This document shows, one piece after another, positions 43,860 through 48,898 of a stretch of DNA of 48,898 nucleotides (the stretch's first letter is position 1; every line of letters begins with the position of its first letter). The notes beneath the pieces are model-generated. The model had not been told where the DNA came from. It made no database searches and saw nothing but the letters and a program-made list of their open reading frames with translations. The stretch covers positions 1 to 48,898 of the IMG/VR virus record IMGVR_UViG_3300031622_000002; one strand, written 5' to 3'. The translations under genes and the position numbers were made by a program. The stretch is from a virus.

Positions 43860-44711
43860 TTAATCTACTATTCTGCCTTCTATTATGGCTTGGTCAATAT
43901 CACTTTCGTATTTATCAAATTGGGCCATAGACAGTTTAGCGATTTCCCGTTGTGACCAAATCTTTGGTTCTTTAGCATCTATTTGTGTTGTCCGTGTGGA
44001 CACCATATCTGCCGCTGAAGATTTGGGGGCTTGTGATTTCTTTGCCTTCTGCTTACTTCCAATCTTAATACCATTTTCCATCTTATAAAGATCAATAGCT
44101 TTGATAGCTAATGAAACATTATTTGGGTTTTCGTAAATCCAACCTTGAATTGCTTCAGGTTGTTCCTTAGCCCATTCGTGAAACTTATCATCTCCGCGTA
44201 TATCCTCAAAATCAGGATGTCTAGAACGCAATGTAGACTCTGCTTCTTTACGTTGGATGTTCAGTTCTCGTTCTTCAAGAACAGTCATCTTAGTTTTTAA
44301 AGCTTGTAGCTGTTGTTCGCTTTGTAAGTGTGCAACAGTTTCTACAGTTTCATATAGATCAGGGTACTGCTCTCTAAAGTTTTCAAGTTCTTCAGTGGTC
44401 TTAGGCGGGGCATACGCATGTTGCGTCTCTTGTGCCATCGCGGTAAGCTCTAATTCTTTTTGCTTAAAAGATGCTATCTTCTGATCGTAGTGTTTCTTTA
44501 GATCGTCGTATCGTTTTTTATAATTAGTTCTTCCTTTAGAAGTTGGCTCTTCTTGTTCAGGGGCCGCTTCGCGGGTAGCCTGTGGAGAGTCTTCTTCAAA
44601 GAAAAGCGCATCTGCTTTACCTCTACTTGGGGCATCTGGTGTGTGCCAAGCCTTCTTAGAGTTATACGGATTCGCAGTTGGTTCTTCAATTTGTTCATTA
44701 GCAGTTGACAT
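43860..44711 (-). CDS. Scaffolding protein
   Basis: 283 aa from ATG 44711 (AGGAG 10 nt upstream; the track's GTG at 44720 is too close to the SD). Highly charged and helical. Lies upstream of the capsid gene, as in T7 gene 9. Confidence 0.55.
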   Translation of the reverse strand: MSTANEQIEEPTANPYNSKKAWHTPDAPSRGKADALFFEEDSPQATREAAPEQEEPTSKGRTNYKKRYDDLKKHYDQKIASFKQKELELTAMAQETQHAYAPPKTTEELENFREQYPDLYETVETVAHLQSEQQLQALKTKMTVLEERELNIQRKEAESTLRSRHPDFEDIRGDDKFHEWAKEQPEAIQGWIYENPNNVSLAIKAIDLYKMENGIKIGSKQKAKKSQAPKSSAADMVSTRTTQIDAKEPKIWSQREIAKLSMAQFDKYESDIDQAIIEGRIVD

Positions 44712-44744
44712 ATTAATCACACTCCTGTTGGGGCTTGCTAGTCT

Positions 44745-44801
44745 TTCAAGGTGGCTGTGCTGTTCGCGTTTACAGTACAGGGTCTTGATACTTCAAGGTG
44801 G
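44745..44801 (-). promoter_or_regulatory. Duplicated ~25-nt element containing CCACCTTGAA (two copies 47 bp apart) in the 124-bp gap upstream of scaffold/capsid
   Basis: The plus strand has ttcaaggtgg at 44745..44754 and 44792..44801. Flanks also align (GCTTGcTAgtcTTTCAAGGTGGC versus tCTTGaTAcTTCAAGGTGGC). Confidence 0.5.
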
Positions 44802-44844
44802 CCTCTAGGTAAAATTTGATAAGGGGTCTAGTTAAAGAGTAGCC

Positions 44845-46260
44845 TTATCCCTTGTTAGTGCTTGGCATTCTATCTGCGTTTACCATCCTTGATCGAACAA
44901 GAGAAGCTTCTTCTTCTTCTTCAATTTCGGGTGCGTCATCGCTAGTTAGTCCTCCAAACGCTTTCTTCATTAAACCACCGTCATAGGCTTTTTCAGCTTC
45001 GTCCATCATAGTTTGTAGCTGATCAGCGCCCATTTGATCGGTAGCCTTCTTGGTGAAAACAAATTCACCATCCGATAACCTTGCGGGAATCGAATCTGAT
45101 ACTCCAGTGCCAAGGCCAGATACTTCGCCTTCACCGGAAAACTCTCCTGCAACATCCATAACCTTATCAAAGATGCCGCTTAGACGTTCGTCAGTTTCTA
45201 GAACGCCCATTAAATATTCTTGTTCTTCCATGTCTAAAGACTCTTCTAGTACATAACTAGTATAGTCCTCTTCCATCTCATCGTCTGGAAGCTGTGAAGC
45301 TTCTGCCGCTTCTTTCTCATCTTCAGGGATGTTGTCGTATGTGTCCACTGGCATCTCGTCTTCCATTTCCATTTCAGGTGGAACGAGCATAGAGCCTCCT
45401 TCAGCCTTTTTAGTTTTTGTATATGTTACATCAGAGTTATTCTCAGCGGCTAAAGCAACTTTAACAGGGTATGTTTTTCCCTCGTCATCTGTAAACTCAA
45501 AAACATCTAAGCCTTCTTTTTGTGCAGACGCAAATTCTTTTTGAAATCTATTTTGCGTGGGCTTAGTAAGCTTATCGTAAGCTTCCTTCCCGCCAAACGC
45601 AGTTATGGCCCCTGCTATCCCTGCTTTCATTTGTCCTTTTTTATAGGTTTTAGTAGCTTTCATAGGTGCTGAAGTCATAGCTATGCTTTCAGTATCACCA
45701 CGTAAAAGACTTGTAAACATTGAATCTATATCACGAGGGCCGCCACCGCCAACACCATAATTTTCCACGTATCTTAAATCTTTTACTTCTTGTATATCGT
45801 CAGCTATTTCTTTTTCAAGGTTGGGATTTTCTTTTTTAACATCGTCTACAGCTTTTTGTATTTTAGCCCTAGTTGGTTTTTTACCAGACTTGGTTGTTTT
45901 ACCAAGAGCTTTTGCAACTAAAGAAAATACTCTACCACCTACACTATACTCTTCACGCTCAGGAGAACTTAACATAGAGCCGCCAGACATTTTTCCTTGT
46001 CTTTGATTTTCTTTAAATCTTTTGTCAGCTTCATCTAAATCACGATCCATTTTGTCTTGATCTAACTTTCGCTGATGGTCTTCGGCTTCTTCATCTGACA
46101 TAAACATATCAGGATCAAGTTCTTCTTCAAGCTCATCAACTGTCGTATTTTTAGCTTTAACTAGCTTACCGTCAGAATACTTCGCTCTGCCGCCATACAT
46201 CTTGCCTTGTCTTTCTTCCATTTGCATTCTGTAGCGTTTGTCATCCATAGATTCTTTCAT
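44845..46260 (-). CDS. Acidic 471-aa protein between portal and scaffold, function unknown
   Basis: GAGGA RBS. Recurring GKMYGG / GKMSGG / AEGGSM / AFGG motifs. IPARLSDGEFVFTKKAT motif near the C-terminus. Confidence 0.7.
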   Translation of the reverse strand: MKESMDDKRYRMQMEERQGKMYGGRAKYSDGKLVKAKNTTVDELEEELDPDMFMSDEEAEDHQRKLDQDKMDRDLDEADKRFKENQRQGKMSGGSMLSSPEREEYSVGGRVFSLVAKALGKTTKSGKKPTRAKIQKAVDDVKKENPNLEKEIADDIQEVKDLRYVENYGVGGGGPRDIDSMFTSLLRGDTESIAMTSAPMKATKTYKKGQMKAGIAGAITAFGGKEAYDKLTKPTQNRFQKEFASAQKEGLDVFEFTDDEGKTYPVKVALAAENNSDVTYTKTKKAEGGSMLVPPEMEMEDEMPVDTYDNIPEDEKEAAEASQLPDDEMEEDYTSYVLEESLDMEEQEYLMGVLETDERLSGIFDKVMDVAGEFSGEGEVSGLGTGVSDSIPARLSDGEFVFTKKATDQMGADQLQTMMDEAEKAYDGGLMKKAFGGLTSDDAPEIEEEEEASLVRSRMVNADRMPSTNKG

Positions 46261-46263
46261 TTC

Positions 46264-46494
46264 TCAATCCTCAATTCTTTGTTTAGCTTCGCGTATTTGA
46301 TCTTTTAGTTGTAACAAATTAACCAGAGAACTCACTCTCCCCTGCTTGCGGTACATTTCCAGTTCCGATGTTGCCACCGCCAGTGCCTGTAGCTCCAAGT
46401 TCTTGAGGCTGTTGAGATGCTCCTTGAGGGCCTCCCATAGCTCCTTGTTGCTCGTTAGGGGCGACAGCTTCGCCGCCAGTTGCTTGTCCAACAT
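46264..46494 (-). CDS. 76-aa coiled-coil ORF overlapping the portal 3' end in the +1 frame
   Basis: AGGAG lies 6 nt upstream of ATG 46494. MLDKQLAAKLSPLTSNKELWEALKEHLNSLKNLELQALAVATSELEMYRKQG... The stop is 3 nt before the next gene's ATG. Confidence 0.45.
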   Translation of the reverse strand: MLDKQLAAKLSPLTSNKELWEALKEHLNSLKNLELQALAVATSELEMYRKQGRVSSLVNLLQLKDQIREAKQRIED

Positions 46495-48493
46495 TTTGCG
46501 CTCCTATTATTTGTGCCATCATCGCGGCTTCTTCAGGATCATTGAGGATTTCATCTGGGTCTAAGTCTAGGCTGTAGGCCAACTCACTTACAATTTTAGA
46601 AATCTTAACAAACGGTGCGATAGCAGGGTTCTGTGCAGTCTGTAAGAACATTGTCAACCGCTGACTACGTACTTCTTTTTGCATAAGGCTGTTAGTACCC
46701 ATTGCATTTATTTCTAGGTCGCCTTCAATGTTTAGGTCGCCTTCAAAGAATTGCATGTTCCATTGATAGTATGATCTTCCTAGTGGTCTAAGAAGAAAAT
46801 CATCAATGTTTTTTACTACTGTTTTGATATTGAGGCTTGCCGCACCTAGAAGCATAGACATACCAGAAGCAGTACGAGTCATGCTCTGTACGCCTGTCTG
46901 TCCATGCGAGTAACTAGGTATTCCTGTCTGCTCATCTGCAAGCTGACGGAACTTGTCAAACATCATCATGTTTTCTTGAGAGGTGTTAGGAAATTTAAGC
47001 CCATGAATCGCTTGACCTTGCATTCCCGCTTGTCTGCGGAACACTTTTCCCGGATATATTTCCATTGATTGTCCACCAACCAACGCAGACTCGTCAACGT
47101 CAAAGACTAATGAACCACTCAATGCTAAGTTGTCGATTGCCATACGTGCATGACCATTCATTATTTGCTGAGAGTCGTCCATATTTTCAGCAACGCCAAT
47201 ACCAAAGAAAGAGTAAGGATTACGCTCGTAAGGAAAGGCATTGTATGGTAGTCTGTAAGGTGTAAATGGGTTAACAACCCCACGTAGCAACTTACCATTA
47301 CTAATCCAAGCATTAACTTGTACTTCATCTAAATCATCGACCTCATCTGGAAGTTCCATTCCCGCTTCACGAGCATATTGTGCGTCCATTACGCCCCAAT
47401 ACTCTAGAACCTCAAAAAGACCATCGCCATACTCTTCGGTGCGATGATCGTCTTTTAATTCAGCCTCATAATCTTTTTCGACGTAGTTTGAACCCATGCC
47501 TAAGCATTCACGAATCTGATCTTTGTTGAAGTGAGGCAGTTTTGCTAGACCTCTAAGCTGTGAGCGGTTCATTTTGTGGCGGTGAAAAGTATACTCGCAA
47601 TCTTCCATCGTTGTTGCGTTAGGGTCTGGGAAAAAGTCCCAAATACTTACAAACTCAATGCGCGGTACGCGTACAGATAACGGATTATAACTTCTTTCGC
47701 CTGTCTCTTCGTCTTTTTCCCACCGACTAAGCGTTTTATTGTAGTTAAATGGGCCTTTGACTACTCCAGTTCCAAACAATGCAGACTCAAACAACGCATT
47801 ACGCAGTTCAGAAGAGCCATTAGACTCCTCAATCTGATCATGTATTAATCTTTGCATCATTCTTGCCGCATCTTTAGCGGGTGCAAGCTGTAAAGCCTGT
47901 GGGTCAGGGTTAGGGCCGTTTTTAAATTTAACATCTGCGTCTTCTAAAGCATTTTCAAGGGCTGTTTCGCCTGATGAAAAGGTAGCTCCCGCTTTTAAAA
48001 CCTTACCATCGCCTTCATAGCCTACGTCAAAAGGATTTACAGCTTCTTCCGGCTCTTCTGGTTTTTCTTTAGCAGGAGAGCTTTCAATACTGGGAGCATT
48101 ATCTAAATGCTTGTAAGTCGGAACGCCTTCAGGAACGCCTGTTTCTTTAACACCTATTGGAAATTGTCCTGTGCCAAACATAACATCTACAAGTTGACCA
48201 AAAGCCGCAATAACTTTAGTCTTAGTTACTTTGATAAAGACTCTGGACTTTTCTGATTCGCGGAAGCGTACATTCTTAGGATATAATCCACGGAAATTGT
48301 GATACGCTTGGAGCCATCGAGCTTCATCATGCTCTCTAGCTCTTTCTGCTTGTTCAAAACGATCTTCGACCAAGCCTACAAATTTAAGACGTACAGATTC
48401 TTCAAGCGTCAAGTCAAGACCACTCTCACCTTCTACTGGTGCAAAGTAAATTTCACCTGCGTTTCCGAATAAACCGTTCTCTTCTTCACTCAT
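46319..48493 (-). CDS. Portal protein
   Basis: 724 aa. Lies between terminase and scaffold/capsid. AAGGAAG RBS. N-terminal ...ARWLQAYHNFRGLY... is portal-like. The G/Q-rich tail is disordered-looking. Confidence 0.75.
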   Translation of the reverse strand: MSEEENGLFGNAGEIYFAPVEGESGLDLTLEESVRLKFVGLVEDRFEQAERAREHDEARWLQAYHNFRGLYPKNVRFRESEKSRVFIKVTKTKVIAAFGQLVDVMFGTGQFPIGVKETGVPEGVPTYKHLDNAPSIESSPAKEKPEEPEEAVNPFDVGYEGDGKVLKAGATFSSGETALENALEDADVKFKNGPNPDPQALQLAPAKDAARMMQRLIHDQIEESNGSSELRNALFESALFGTGVVKGPFNYNKTLSRWEKDEETGERSYNPLSVRVPRIEFVSIWDFFPDPNATTMEDCEYTFHRHKMNRSQLRGLAKLPHFNKDQIRECLGMGSNYVEKDYEAELKDDHRTEEYGDGLFEVLEYWGVMDAQYAREAGMELPDEVDDLDEVQVNAWISNGKLLRGVVNPFTPYRLPYNAFPYERNPYSFFGIGVAENMDDSQQIMNGHARMAIDNLALSGSLVFDVDESALVGGQSMEIYPGKVFRRQAGMQGQAIHGLKFPNTSQENMMMFDKFRQLADEQTGIPSYSHGQTGVQSMTRTASGMSMLLGAASLNIKTVVKNIDDFLLRPLGRSYYQWNMQFFEGDLNIEGDLEINAMGTNSLMQKEVRSQRLTMFLQTAQNPAIAPFVKISKIVSELAYSLDLDPDEILNDPEEAAMMAQIIGAQNVGQATGGEAVAPNEQQGAMGGPQGASQQPQELGATGTGGGNIGTGNVPQAGESEFSG

Positions 48494-48504
48494 GTATTCT
48501 TCCT

Positions 48505-48541
48505 TTAAAAACCTGCCGTCATCGTTAGAATTAGGCAGGTG
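48505..48541 (-). terminator. Possible intrinsic terminator between the 191-aa gene and the portal gene
   Basis: The minus strand reads ACCTGCC, a 16-nt loop, GGCAGGT, then TTTTTAAAGG. The stem is 7 bp and the loop is large. Confidence 0.35.
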
Positions 48542-48556
48542 TTAAACTTAAATTGC

Positions 48557-48898
48557 TTATAGAGCTTGGAACTGAACGATGTACTTAACAGTTGTAGCCG
48601 CTGTAGCTAGGTCTGCTCCGATTGGAGTTAGTCGAGCGTGTAGAGTACGGTCAGCGGCACTGTATAAAGTGCTTGCAATTACAATAGCCTCTGAAGTAGC
48701 GGGGCCGCCTACAACACCTGCGGTTACTGAAGTGCTTACAAAAGCGTTAGCTCCGTGGCCGTGAGAATCTTTAATAAGATACAAAGGAGCTTTAGCCGCC
48801 CAAGTTACAGCAGAACCACCGTCATCTAGGATAGCTTCAGTAGCGATAATCTGTCCACCACCTGCGGCTGTTCCTAAACTAAAGTCTACGTCATTACC
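48557..48898 (-). CDS. 3' part of the wrap-around 191-aa protein (48772..48898 duplicates 1..127)
   Basis: The frame is open to the window end. ...AKAPLYLIKDSHGHGANAFVSTSVTAGVVGGPATSEAIVIASTLYSAADRTLHARLTPIGADLATAATTVKYIVQFQAL, with the stop at 48557. Confidence 0.7.
   Translation of the reverse strand, partial: GNDVDFSLGTAAGGGQIIATEAILDDGGSAVTWAAKAPLYLIKDSHGHGANAFVSTSVTAGVVGGPATSEAIVIASTLYSAADRTLHARLTPIGADLATAATTVKYIVQFQAL
48772..48898. repeat. Exact duplicate of 1..127
   Basis: See the first feature. Confidence 0.95.

Noticed and set aside
1-48898. tRNA genes, integrase/attP, lysogeny repressor
   Set aside because: No tRNA-like T-arm/acceptor pattern was seen in the few non-coding stretches. 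No tyrosine or serine recombinase or CI-like motifs appear in any ORF. The phage appears strictly lytic, though this eye scan is not exhaustive.

Overview
The window is a complete, circularly closed dsDNA phage genome. It has 48,771 unique bp plus an exact 127-bp overlap (1..127 = 48772..48898), and one minus-strand ORF reads in frame across the junction. By gene content it is a T7-supergroup podovirus without a phage RNA polymerase; the SIO1/VpV262 (Zobellviridae-like) assignment is inference from recalled families, not a search. The plus-strand early/replication arm (3631..18602) holds many small coupled ORFs, a DUF932-like protein, a gp2.5-like SSB, primase-helicase, family A DNA polymerase, a T5orf172-type protein, a Cas4-like nuclease, T7 endonuclease I, a DUF3310 protein and a ribonucleotide reductase. 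The minus-strand late arm runs from 2667 through the junction down to 18633. It encodes small and large terminase, a 191-aa protein, portal, an acidic 471-aa protein, scaffold, T7 gp10-like capsid, tail proteins and a 1772-aa modular fibre with an S74 chaperone. It continues with about 4,300 aa of putative internal virion proteins, a lysis cassette and four tiny lysine-rich proteins. The arms diverge from a 960-bp non-coding hub (2668..3630) with mirror-image consensus sigma70 promoters, a purine tract and phased short repeats. That hub is my best candidate for the origin, packaging site or genome termini. No integrase, repressor, tRNA, CRISPR array or reverse transcriptase was seen. All family assignments come from motifs read by eye.
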